Source of the DNA: Balanoglossus misakiensis | Lineage: Eukaryota; Animalia; Hemichordata | Reading direction: 5' to 3' | DNA length: 64,000 nt | Assembly: GCA_040954595.2 (NCBI GenBank) | Contig: CM082586.2 | Coordinates: 1,927,124 to 1,991,123, forward strand | Part shown: piece after piece, positions 50,861 to 64,000 of the stretch | How the letters are laid out: the number at the start of each line of letters is the position of its first letter | Position numbering within the stretch: the stretch's first letter is position 1 | Position numbers and translations under genes: made by a program | Notes under the pieces: generated by a model | The model's input: only the letters and a program-made list of their open reading frames with translations | Told to the model about the DNA's origin: nothing | Databases searched by the model: none

Positions 50861-51420
50861 CTTTGCTAAAATAGTAGTAGTAATATTCCTTCTTTGTCAC
50901 TATCTGAAAAACATAAGGCACATAATCCGCTTTCCGGCGTGGACGGGGGTTCGGCGTTTGAGTACGGTGTTTCCTGAACGTGCGTGTGTGTATGTTACAG
51001 TACGACTCACTGACTGAACTAAATAAAACACGGAGTCTGTCACTTGTTCCAAACCGGCAAGGCGCTGGTCACTCACACGCGGGGCCACGCCCCCTCATGA
51101 ATTATTCAACAGTATGCGTGAAATCGACATGCATGGTAAGTTCATCAAAAACCGCAAAAACTCAAAAATAAAATCAGAGATGGGAATAATATTACGTGAA
51201 GATCTGTAAAAGTTTATCTTTAATGTATTTGCTTTTTCATTTTTTCTAAATAATGAGACTGAAGTTAGAATTTGGATTTTTTTTTCGTGAGGTCTGACAA
51301 TGTGAGGCTATCCTTAATAACCCACGTGAACTGGTCAACGCTCGGCGCTCTCTGCAAGTAGCCTCACTCAATGGGGGAGTGATGTCATTGTTTGAGTAAG
51401 GCCAATCAATGAACACTTTG
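50861..51420 (-). promoter_or_regulatory. RBM24/38 5'UTR and proximal promoter
   Basis: CpG-rich; Sp/KLF box GCCACGCCCCC (~51084-51094), Inr-like TCAGT on the minus strand (~51013-51017), CCAAT near 51402, directly upstream of the ATG at 50860. Confidence 0.55.
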
Positions 51421-54400
51421 CCCCGGAGAAAAAAGCCTGGCCGTTGTCACAACAATTTGGACTCCCAAGTTAAAATTGAAAATCAGACAGATCCCCAGAT
51501 AGTGATCAAAACGTAAACGTAGTGCAAACATGCGTGACTAGACGCGACGGGGTGGGTTGGGTATATGTGCATACACGGAACGTTTATGTCGTGGTCAACT
51601 TTCCTTCGCTCTGTCGTTTCATTAAACTTTTAAAATGTTTTCCTGCACAAATTACACAAGTCTAGTCTTGCTACGCCTACACAGTTTTTTCCTGCATCTT
51701 TCCAACCATCTTTATTGATAGTGGACCTGTGCCATCATGTTTCCCTCAAATTTGTCCCGTGCATACATACTTTGACCTGAACTTGGTCCAAGTTCACTTG
51801 AACTTGACACCAACACCAGGACCACAGCCTTAGCACCACGTGGCAGAAACCGATTTTCCAGCACACACATTTTAATAAGCAGCATGACTGATTTCCATTC
51901 TGATCTTAATGGCTGTCTCTATATTTGCAGTGGCTAATTGAATGTATCTGAATCTAATAGCACATAAAGCATGTCCGTGTCTTGTCCAGCCAAGTCATGA
52001 CAGACTCTAGTCCATGACAAGATGCAGGCGACATCGCGAGACTCCCAAGGTGGGAGGGGGAGGGGGTACTGATTTATTGGGACTGACACAACCCATATGC
52101 TTCAAAATGCACGTTTTTCTCCCCTCAAATGACAAATTTATTGGGTCCGGCCACAAAACTAGTCAATCCGTCGTGGGGCACTCCAAGTACATATGCTTTA
52201 ATGGACAATCCTGATAGTGAACACTTCAACTTTGATCCGGGGCTCTGATTCTGCCAGAATACGCGACATGGACGAACGTTGTCGAGTCTTGTCGGAAAGG
52301 GTAATACGGTTAACAAGTCGTGTTAACAGCGTTTGCAGTAATCGGCGAGATTTTTTCATGTTGACTACCACACTTTAACACCAGCAGACCTTGCTCGTAT
52401 TACACGTACAGGTAAAGATGGTTAACAAGCAAGTCAAAAAAATCATGCGCACATTTTATTTCAATCCTGATTTTCCGTCGACTTTGGCCAATTTGGGAAC
52501 GAGCATTATAACGAAGGACTGAGTGTGTGGGATAGCACACGATTGTCGAAATTTTAAAATGAAAGGATACTTTTGCAAAAGAAAGATTTAATGAATGGGG
52601 ACAGAATTTCACCGTGGACACAGAGGGAAGGGACTTTGAGTTGTCAGGAATGGTCTAACTTTGCGTTTTTATGTCGTCTCGTTTTCGTCTCCACGAGTTT
52701 TCAACACCACACGTCAATCACAGAATCTGCAATAACACGTTCACCCACTGCGGACCACAAGCCAGATAGAATAATTACTGACAAATTTGTCAATGATGCT
52801 CGCAGTTGTCTGTTGGCATCACTGTCCTACGCCAGTTTCAAAGGTTCGGAACAGCTCCGAGAATTGAAATCATGAGATACTGCTAAACAAACCAACAGGA
52901 CTTACAAGTAGCTGTAAATCTTTAAAAGACAATTTGATTTTTTCAAAAACCGTTATGTCAAGAAAAGGCTAATGACTATGATTAAAGTGACGAATGACAT
53001 TCGCAGATAGTGTCACCTGTAGCGCGTGTTATATCTGCTGAGAATGTAAAAATATAACCACCAGTTTCTGATAAGGCCAGCCGAATCGAAACCTCAAAAT
53101 CGTGGTGGTTTTTTCCTTTCTGTTTGTGGCTTGTTGTTTAAATTTACAAGCGGTTCTGACCGAGCGTTTGACCTAAAGCTCTGGAAGACGTGATTTGCCG
53201 ACAGTGTTGACACAGCGCCAGTCTCAGTGGGCGTATTTAGCGAGTAAATAAAAACACACACGACACTCCGTATGGGACAGGCCGCTTCGCCACGGAGGTT
53301 TGACGACAAACCGGGTACACCTGTTTCGGTCACTCAAGACTCTCCGGTAAAGAGCCATTTTTATCACTTCGCTGTCGTCCTTTTCCAAATTCTTGACATT
53401 TCTCCACACGCCATGGATTTTTTCATTCCTTGTAACTTTTGTGACTTGGATGAAAATCGAACTTCCAAAGCAGTTATATGTTTTATCACGATATAGACCA
53501 ACACGATATCTTAATCATGAAGTCGTGACCATGCTTAAATGTATACTTCACTGCCCGGTATTCCCATAGCCTGATGTGGGTAGAACTATACGCGTATTAA
53601 ATCAATAAATTACCAACACTGTACATTATCCACTCATGGACTGAAGTTTTATGCACAGCAAGCGTTGGTGACTGAATGAATCTAGTGCACCAGGAAGTTA
53701 GGCATCTGGTCGTATATTGTAGTACGTGAAAACAACGCATACGTTTACAAAGTACTTAATCAGTAACCAAGGGAAAGAGAAATGGCCAAAATGTCAGAAT
53801 TTTAGCCCCTAATCTTACATGTCCAGCGTACCTGGCCCTACTCTGACCAACCCGACCTAGCTTGTATTGGCCGTTTCCTGGATCATCAAACGGTGGCCGA
53901 TTTTTTAGCGAGGTCTGGGCACAGCTGCCCGCATCTCGCACGCACCAGTTTGCACAGTGTGGTCACAGACACACTCAGAATATCTTAATTCGTCATGGGG
54001 CACAAAAAGTTACACTGCATGGAAATGAGTGATGGTTTTCCAATTAGGTTTGACAGAATACAGCTTCCAAATAGCTGTGCAAACAACGGATGTCCTTGGC
54101 AGGTACGCTGTCGAGTGGGTACAATTATATTAAGTCACGAGTTCGGATTATGATTTTATGGACCCCGTGTGTCGCGGCTATCGCTGCCCTTTGCACGCAC
54201 GCGAAGTATTCCGAGCTAACGGTCAACCAAAGACTATAGCTTGACAATTGGCCCGCAAGTCGACGTGACTCCTGGCGTCCGAATAAAATACACTGATGCG
54301 CTCTACACCTGGTTTGACCAGACGTCATCACTACCAGAAATTTGTATACGTCTATTTCCCCCTGAATGATAAAACCTTACAACATGGTGAAATCACATAG

Positions 54401-57400
54401 AATCAGCTACAGTCATTCAAAACCAAACCCCTGGTTTAGAAAAAAAAAACCGAAGTTGAAAATTACCAAGTTGGGTGAATGAATGAAATAACTGTACAAA
54501 ACTCAGCGCACACTAATGACAAGTTGTACGTCTGTGGTCAGTAGGCTATTTCCACCTTCAAGCTTTCAAACACATCAAACAGAATAAGGAGGTCGTTGCC
54601 AAGCTCTAGAAAAACTCAGGCGGAGATCTCTTGCAGTTTAATTTCGAGTAGACTGCAATTCCTAACACGTCTTAAATCAGCGGCGTACAACTAAGTCAAT
54701 GTGGGCCAATATACGTTTCTGGCCAGAGTACGACGACAAGCGGATATGCCATGGATATCGTGCGGAAGAGACCAGAGAGGTTTAACCCCCCCCCCCCCCA
54801 AGAATACACTTTGTGTGTGGGTAAAGAAACTTTCCAAGACCCTTAAAATGCCCTTTTACAGTATTCTATTCAGACGAAACTACCGAAACGTTAATGTATG
54901 GCCAATTGAAATTCACCACCAGTCGATCTGGGTCGGCGTTTAAATAAACTATAGTTGAAGACAGGCTTAGCGAAGATTGTGAAAACTGCAAACACGATTC
55001 AAACACACAAAGATGAAAAAAAAAATCACAGAGCAAAATAGTCTAAGAACTTCAGCTCCTAAACTGAATTAATTGTCAGTTGCCTATTCACAGACTGATT
55101 CAGTCATCCTCAGAACTCGTCCTTTCTATATTAGGGTGGGGGTACGAATTTGCTAAGATACATAGTTTTCTCGAAGTTACCACAACATTTTATGGTGAAA
55201 GTATTTTGCATACCACCTTCACATGTTCATGCACGTTCTGTAAACTTACTCTTTTTTACTGCTATGATATACACCCAGGATGTACTCAGAAGAAATGACC
55301 CGCTTCGGTCACGGAGCGCATTCAGCCAGCTCTCGCACGTGAGTCTGACCGAAATGACCCAGTTTCACTCTCAGAGCAACCCAAGCGGTCACCCCGAACT
55401 GCGTCAACATGCAAACTGTTCCTAAGCCAAAATATTCACCAGATAGACCCGCTGGCCGAAGAGGACATGACATTGAGCGTGAAGCGAGAGATAATTTGAA
55501 CCCGAGAACGCTGAGTGCGACGTCGACCAGACTTCAGTAAACACACAAACCGAGCAATCAAATAATCTAACAGACCTATAATTTACAGGTGGTTTTTGTA
55601 GCACTCTGAAAAGGGGACAACAATTCGACTATCAAAGGGCTGGTGATAGGGGGTTGACAGAAATCTTTTGTGCGGAGCTGTTTTTTACTTTCAAGACCCA
55701 CGACCAGCGGAATAACACACGGGTGTCTGGTCCAGCTTTGGTCGCCTGGGCGACCAAAAGTGCCGAGTACCAGTACCGTCCATCAGGGCACTGCATTCGC
55801 ATTGATAACAAGATCCAGGTGCCTGTATACCGTGTCTCGCTCAAGGTGAAGGACGAGTGGTTACCACGAGTCACCGAATTAGGACACAAACTTTTCTTCA
55901 AGGAATTTATAGGCACGGTGTTTGTGATGATGCGTAGTCGGGGTCGGGGCGATGACAAAAAAGATAGTAAATTTAGGGCATCTCAAGCAATGGGGCGGTG
56001 CATGGGTGTAGCCACCGTGACACCAATATATCTCCACAGGGTGAAAGCACGTGGTACAGGACTGGGTAGAGCTCCAACCAATGGATTTGATGAACAACAA
56101 CCAATGTCCTAAAAACACGGTTATGACATAGATAGTGACACTGGAAAACGCTATGTGTCCACTCTTTTCACGTGACTAAAATGTCTATAACTGTGACCAA
56201 ACATTCGATCACATCCTCAATTTAACAGAAATGTTCCATTTTCACCAAATTCGTTAAGTTTACTATGCATTTTGACATGACTCAAAAAACTCTCCAACAA
56301 GGAAAGACAGTCCAAATAAAAGACAATAGGTCACGCGCCATTTCAACTATATTTAAGAGATGTGTCACCAAGACACATACCTGATCGTACAACAAACCAA
56401 CATTTTAAAGTAAATAGCCAATAAATTTGCATAATCGATAAATGTCAGGTTTCTGTAAATTAATGCGTGGCGGAGACCCGCTCGACACTGGGATACAATA
56501 AAGCTTGAATTTTTGGCATATTTGTTGCTGATTCTCTTTGATTGGTGTGCATTGCTTTAAGTGGTTCGATACCTGGGCCATTCTCGTTCGTGAGTTGTTT
56601 AGGCGGAAGGTTATCATCGCTGGTGTTATGAGTCAAACATCTCACGAAGGAATGCAAGCCCGAAAATGATGTCCGGTCGCCCAGTAGAAGCAACGCGGAG
56701 TCGATTTTCACAGAAAAGACAAAAAGGCGATTCTCTGGTCCTGCAATTCTCGCGATTCCGCTGTTAAATCTGGCGAACGATGTTCGTCCAAAATTCTTCG
56801 CTTATCAGTTGATCAGCATGATTCAGTTATGATCGGCTCATAGTGACCAACTTTACAACGCCGAGCACTTCAAGTGAATAATTATCGACAGAACGGCCGT
56901 ATTGATTAAACAGAAGAACAAAGGAGGCAGGATAAATCAGTCCAGACTTAGGGTTATCTGTTTTGGTCGGCTGGCCCGTAACATCGGGTGATTCATTACC
57001 CCTGTGATTATAGAGGTGTGAAGGTATTAGCAAGGTTCATCTGATGTTTGGGGCAGTAAAAATCGCATGGCCGTCTGTTGCCATGGCGGCGGCGACTGCC
57101 AGTAACTGGGACTGAAATGTCTGGGAATTAGTGCAGTGGGAAGACGCGCTTTGTCGATATGCATATGTCTGCCAAATAAAACCTGAAATGCAAAATCAAA
57201 ATCTCGCGTGATCTCGTCACGTCGACTTGTAACTATGGCAGACACGTAGGCCTTCAGCGATGGCTTCCAATCAATGACCATTACATAGCTGTTTCGATAA
57301 GAGTGCAATAATAGAAACGACACATTTCAAATAAAGAACCAACATTTACATTGCCAATAGAATACTGTTTATGGTACTTTTATGAGTCTTGATTGACCAC

Positions 57401-60400
57401 AAAGAAGATTCCAAAACGCGAATGTGGCATTTTCCATCATTTTGTCCGCCTGCATTTCATGAAATAATGCAAGCACAACAGCAAACACGCTCAGAACCTG
57501 ATGCTACACCCAGCAGATTAACCGTTCCTGCCACAGATACAGAAACCCTCGACATGACAGCTACTGGACTCAAATTTGAACTACCGTTCGCAACGAGACG
57601 ACACGACAAACAAACACGGTGATCCTCCTTAAAAGTTGTCTCGCCAACCCATCGCGTATTTTTGTAGGTCACATTTCAAAGTCACTGCCCGACAGAAACG
57701 CGACGTTGAACTACATCTCGAACATTGACAGGTGATACAATTATGGGTTATTAGAATCTGATGTATAACCCACTGAGTAAGATTGGGCGAATTTAAGATT
57801 TTTTTGCCTGTGATATTTATGGACAAATATTGACTCATCCAGCCCAACAACTTTTTGCAACACAGATGTTCTCAGTCATATATGACAATTAAAAAAACCC
57901 AGGTGCATTTAAAACAACGAAAATCACATTGAGAGTCAGAGCTTAGCTCCAAGTCGAGTGGGACTTCTGAGGACACGACTTAACTAAAACACAGGCCAAG
58001 GTGGAGTGTATTACCGAACCAGCAGCTGGCGATTGCCAGCGACTAGTCACTCAGAGAGAGGGAAATTGCAAAAATAACCCTTCCATTACGCTAATGCATA
58101 CGGCTAAATAGAGTCATATATTATCCTGTAATTGGGAACTGTCTCTCCTGCCTGCTTTTAGAGCTACCACTGGACAGGAAAAAAAATCATGAACGCACTC
58201 AGTATGACCTGGCGAGTCCCGTGCACTAAAAACGGCGTCGTTTGTTAGAGGTTGGGTTTCCAGCAGAAGGAATTAGACCAAATGAACTCACAGAGCGTCT
58301 GCAAAGTGTCTTCGGGAAAAAAAAACTGGAAACTAAACCAGGCTTCGCTTGGCTTAGTTTGTATCGAAATGATCGCTGGTTCTGTAATCGTTCTTAAAGC
58401 CTTCCAAAATAGGACGCGGAATTTTCCAATGATAAAGAAAATTGGAAGCGAAGAAATATTGGATATCATTGAACTCCTATCCATCCATTCAATCATTCAT
58501 TTCAGTCAAAACATAGGAAAAAAACAGTCATGGGAAATCGTAGATTTTATCAAAGATGGCGGACAGTGAGTGTCTAAGCCGATCTGGGGAAACAGAATGC
58601 AATTAGGGGGGACGACAGCCGAATGAGTAGGATTTGAGAGCGGTCATATTCGATGAGATTTCCAGATCATGCCTTGATACAAGTAACACTTAGGCCCGAC
58701 CCGTGCGGATCATATCTCTCTTGTTATTTCTTTGTTGCCGCGACGTGGTTGCATTTGCAAAAGTCAAGTTTCTGTAGAACTATGACACAGATAGTAAAAA
58801 TTAGTGTGTTTATGTCTAGACGACAAGGGTGTGTGAAAACACCGGTAAGATAAACCTTCTTTTCTACTCGGAGACCTTAAACATTTTTGTTTGTCGTCCA
58901 TGGTGTCAAAAGTTAGATTCGCCCGTTACCTTGGGGACGTTGGCTTTCTCCGCGTCTTGACCCACGCCCACAGGGAGTACCACTTTGAACAGAAATCGAA
59001 ATCTTTTATAGAATGAGTCTGGTATTAGATCTAAACGAATGGTTCATTGGTCACGCTCTAACTCGTGAAGAAAAACGCGGCCTTGGGAGATTTCTGTGTG
59101 TGTGCACAAGCTTCTCTAAAGCTTCAAGTTTTTCGCCCGCGGTCTTTTGTGATTGTTTACGCGGGATCAGGCTTTTGCTTTTTTTTTCAGCGCGAGACCA
59201 GACGCTCATGATCTCGTGCAATCAGGTCTGACCTCGGCGAACTCAGAGCGGAGCACTGGGGCATGACGTCATAAGCCCGAAATCCGCAAACGACATTTTC
59301 ATGTAAAAGGGAGAAAAATCGACGTAGATCGTATCCTGACTTTTGGAAGATTAGGAAAGATCGCGGATAAGATTGAACGTTTTTTGCGGATAAATTCAAT
59401 TATTCCGATTTGGTCTTCATACCAATTACTGTAATCCCTGTCATATCAGCGACATTTCTCTAAACTCGTTATAGTCTCGACGTCGCGCGAGAGTTGAATA
59501 AGGTGCACTTTTGTTACACGAAGAATGAATTCGCACCCTGCAACCACGAACGGATCTGTCTAGCAGCTTCTTGGCGGCACATTTGAAGTTTGTAAGCCCC
59601 GCTAAAACTAGCCATGAGCTGGGACTATCACCCATAGACGAAACCCGTAATCCGGCAATTGAGGAAAGAACACATCCCGCGAGAACGGAGCACTCTCACT
59701 GGCTCAGGTCGCGTTCGTGCCGTGCCGAAAGCGGGTCACTCTGCATGCATAGTGCACGCACGGTCGTCTACAAGTTCTGCATATCCACATACACCTGCTC
59801 AAAGAGTCAGAGAGCCGTGCACAAAAGAAAAAAATTAAACCCCTAGATCCAAACAAGTTAATGAAAATTTGATAAGGTACTAGCATTGTACTTTATGAGA
59901 ATCACATATTGCACCATTCTAGTTCGCTTGTGATACATTTTCGGGGGGGGGGGGAGATCGGTTTTTACTGGTATGTCTCACCGCTGTAGACACGTTTTCA
60001 TCGTTTGATCAAAATGCGTATATGCTGTAATGATCTCGATTGGAATTATGAGAAAGTTTTCTTTTAATTTTGTTTTCGCGTTCTGTTCTTAAGGGGGGAC
60101 GCAGTAATTAGCAGGAAAAGGCGCGCAGAAAACAACGTTGGCTGGTAGCCTCAATCACGTATCTACGTTCTCACGTGGCTTAAACGCACTTAGCCGATTC
60201 CTAACTTTAAATTGACGAGCGCCGGTGGTAGAGATTTCAGCCACAATGCTCACCGCTTGAAGACGTTTCCCATCCGGAATTGATTTTTCCCGTCGCGACC
60301 CACAAAACGAAACGACGCTCCCGGTCCCGAACAGGGACTCTTTGTTACCACGGTAACGCCCGCTTCCAATTATTTAAAAAGCGGCAGTTTATGGGAGAGT

Positions 60401-61282
60401 TCGTCCAACCATACAGAATGGGCGTTCGGCGTACCGTCTGTGTACGTCTCAACCATTATGGTGTCATTATTGGCCATTGGGGGACTTGACGAATTAACTT
60501 CATAATCTATAAATGGAATATGCATTAATTCGTCTGATTTGCCTGGCGTCTGTGGCAAGTCGACGGGCAAAAAACAAGACTGTTCTCTCCTGGGGTTCCC
60601 GAACAATAAAACCTGCCATGTTTTATGCCCTGCCAATGCGTATTATTTCAAAAAACCGGACATAAAAACGCGTATAAGGTCATTAAATCGGACGACTTAG
60701 GGAGTTAAGTGCTAAGGCCCTGGGATTTGCTGCAAGTGGTGATTATGAAACGAAATAGAAAAACGAACGATTAAGAGCTAAACTTCGTTAAACTCTGAAA
60801 GCTCATTTTGATTGAGTTTTTGAATTGATACAAGCCATGGCATGTTTACTGTAGGTATTTGGCAAAATATCTGTGATTACTTCATCGTACGTGGAATACT
60901 GAGAGAAATGTAAAAAGAATCTGCCTGACCATGAATATCGACTTCACAAAACTCGTGCTTCGTTGTCATGTCTCGTGAACTGAAGCCAGCGCGCCTTTTG
61001 TCTTACAAAGTTTGGTAAAAGTACAAGAAAACCGCAATTGGCCAGTTTTGGTGGCATATACAGTCGGATGGCGATCGAATGTATTTATTTTGTAACCATA
61101 TATATCTTCTAATGACCACAACAAACAAAAGATCAAATCACTGCCGCACGCACTTTCGATTGTTCGTTCGACCTAAGTGCGTGTGGACGCAACGCCGATA
61201 CATGATCAGCTGGTCCCCTCACCACATCGCCCTGTTATCTGCCAAAAAGGCAAGGTGAGTCAAGGGCGATGTTTCGATATAA

Positions 61283-61312
61283 AGATAGACAGACAGACAG
61301 ACAGACAGACTG
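61283..61312. repeat. (GATA/GACA)n tetranucleotide microsatellite
   Basis: agatagacagacagacagacagacagac directly visible. Confidence 0.9.
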
Positions 61313-64000
61313 ACCAAGAGGGACAAAGACAGAGACAATAGAGGATAACTTTCACACAGAACATGTCTCACTGAAATTCGCGTCGTCCAAAAAAATTTAA
61401 GGCAAACGCGACTGAGTACAGACCCTGGAAAACTCAATCACATCCGGGTACTTTCCCCGGTTCTATACATTTCAGTCAGGATATCAGGTGAAGAGGTCAT
61501 ACTAGTATGGCGCAGTTTGATTTGGACAGAATACGCGTCATGGACAAATCTATCTCTCCTCATGACGTCAGCAACGCGGTATTTACTGGCAGGTTTTCAA
61601 AGTGTGCTCGGTGAACCGTCCAATTTTTTGGAGCAATGCGTCAGTCATCGTGGATTCAGTTGGCGTACCAGGAGAAATCGTCACCACTTTTCACCACAGC
61701 GAAAATTATGAGTATGTGCTTGTAACCATTGGCAACTTCATGATTAGTGAACGACAGAACGTGAATGCCTGCACATTATCTCTAAGGAAAATTTACTGAA
61801 ATCGTTATTTTATAAATCCCCCTTTTCAGTAATTTTTCCTCGCATTCTTATCAAAGTAAGATTAATTTGCATGACGTCAGAAAGGATCAGCAATCTTATA
61901 CGTCATCTGATAAATTACAGTAATTCTCGCCATCACGATCACGTGATAAGCCCTTGGTTTCCGTCGATTATTGTAAGCTAGCAAATGTGCTTTAACACAG
62001 GAATTCAACAGGTGGTTACTGGCGGAGCAGAGGAACGAGTCACGTGACACCCGACAAAAATGACCGTTAATATACTTTGAGTTATACTACGGCCATGTCC
62101 ACATCTTTCTCCAGCTCAGCACTGAGTAGAAATGAAAATCTGCACGCGAAAATTAATCGTTATTGAGTACTGTTGGGTGTTTCAATTCAACCGTGGACGA
62201 CACGGCTGAAGGATGGAGCGAATTCACACAAAAAACACACACACCAAGCATTTAATTCACACAGTGGTCATTTGACAAGATATAAATGGTCATCGGTCAA
62301 TTACATGGAGTGTTTGTTTATTTTAAACAAATCCATTTATTGCACCATGAATGGCATGATTGGCCTGGCCCTTCCTATAACCACAGACAATTTTCACAAA
62401 CCCCCCGAGGCCGGAGTCTTTCATTGTGTTAAGGGGGACTACACGACGTACGTACCAACACAGACCAGGTCCCACTAACCCCTCCCTCGTTTTAGGACTG
62501 CCATCTCGGATGGACAATTTCGCTTCGTTAATTTATCAGTCTGGGGGACTTCTTTCTTCGCTCGCGCATCAAAAGGGGGTATTTTTGACCTTTAGTTTTA
62601 CGTGGGCTTCAACACGCCCAGCCATCCACCCGTAAACTTCGTGTTGTTACACGCCGCGCCGAAGTCCGATTCTTTTTGTGCGCGGCTCAATGGATGCACC
62701 TGTCGCCGCATTTTTCTGGAAAGAAAATTAGGTGGCAATCACCGCGAAGGACGAGTCAAACGTGCAACTTGCTGGGAATAAGACCGTGTAGATGGACCCA
62801 AAGTAAATATGGGCGAAAAGCAAAAAAGTCTTAGATATATAAACAAACAGAAATCTCAGCCACCTCTGTTTGTAGATATTTTCACTGATGCGATAGGGTG
62901 GATGTTGAGTGGTGTCAATCGAGGTCGATTGTTCGCTGAATAAACCGATTGGAAATGATGGGCTGGGTCGTTTGGAACTCTGAATAGCCCCAAGGCTGGG
63001 TGAGTTTGTCGAACCGAAGATGCCTTTCTGGCAGGTAACAATGGTGATGAAAACGCGGGTGCACTTTTACAGATTGGGGTCGTGGCTTCGTCTCTTTTCC
63101 GTCTGGTTCATCGACCAGACACGTTTTGTCCGCGGCCATGCCACTCTTTCTCCCGATGGAATCGCAGAAGAATACCGCGGACGGCGAACCTAGGGATTCG
63201 CCTGTCTGTTATCTGCGGATAGGGACCCTAAACGATACAGGTCGGGACTAAAGGCCAACTAAGACAACCCCCAAGCACAACAGACTTTCAGAGAAAAAAC
63301 ACATCTCCCATTTTCCCTCTGGGCGTATATAATATAGGGCGACGCGCATCGAGAAACCAGGTTGAACTGAACAAATAAACTCCAGAATCGCGACAAAACT
63401 CTCATTGTGCGAGTCATTTTGTAAGACATTTCAGAATTCGAATATATTTCCCGACAGACAGCTGACAAAGAAGAATAGTGGGGTGTGAAAATAAGGACGG
63501 TCTGGATAGAAACCGTAGGCTTGAATTCGGATTTCGTCACGCAATTACACGTGAAATCACAACACCACTTCAGAATTTTTTAGAACTCATATTTACACAA
63601 TCGGCATCATTGGTTTCTTTTCGTATTTGACTCTTCTTGTGCAGATACGGCTCCGGATGCAACTTCTCAATGAACTCGTATAAATGCACACTGAGGACGC
63701 ATGAATATATCCGATACTCAGTCAAAACACACAAAGTGTATATATGCAGGGACCTGTAATTGATTCGATGCCGCGGGCAATGTACAATGCGTATTCAACA
63801 CACACCTTCAAAAACCTCTTTGCGGGCAGGGTTTCTTGTTTCAAATAAGGCCCATTTCTTTTTTCGCTTTAAAATAAAACCCAAGCTTTTCACAAGTTTC
63901 TGGGGTCAGCCAAGCTTACAGTTCGCTCTCCAACTTGGAGATATACCTCCGTGGATTTTAGAGCCGCCTAATTGAGCAACATTTCACACCCGGTTTGCTG

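Noticed and set aside
55632-56118. 152-aa plus-strand ORF and overlapping minus-strand ORFs, with a 10-bp-arm hairpin at 55737-55758
   Set aside because: TTG start, no recognisable domain or splice structure; a transposon or lncRNA origin cannot be supported from sequence alone.
1-64000. CRISPR arrays, tRNA/rRNA genes, operons, autonomous transposase or reverse-transcriptase ORFs, known miRNAs
   Set aside because: None recognised by eye; tRNAscan, Rfam and RepeatMasker searches would be needed to exclude degenerate cases.

Overview
Eukaryotic (metazoan, probably invertebrate bilaterian; taxon not determinable from sequence alone) genomic DNA, AT-rich and intron-dominated. No prokaryotic features were seen. 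Two spliced genes lie in tandem on the minus strand. (1) A complete RBM24/RBM38 (SUP-12-like) single-RRM RNA-binding protein gene: 4 coding exons (50860-50681, 50257-50134, 49582-49522, 19420-19138; 215 aa), a ~30.1-kb last intron and a probable ~4-kb 3'UTR. (2) The 5' part of an adenylyl cyclase-associated protein (CAP/Srv2) gene: promoter/non-coding exon at ~14.3 kb and coding exons 11787-11673, 10172-10072 and 9849-9772. Its remaining exons were not found and probably lie left of the window. Almost all other ORF-track entries look spurious. Also present: a TTAA-flanked piggyBac-like MITE family (3 copies), microsatellites, a 65-bp palindrome and a ~17-kb CpG-rich domain over the RBM24 5' end. 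The most interesting signals are unproven isoform switches: an in-frame alternative donor adding a second RLE-like repeat to CAP, and, in the RBM24 long intron, a candidate internal promoter giving an RRM-less protein, a candidate poison exon and a candidate frame-switching microexon.
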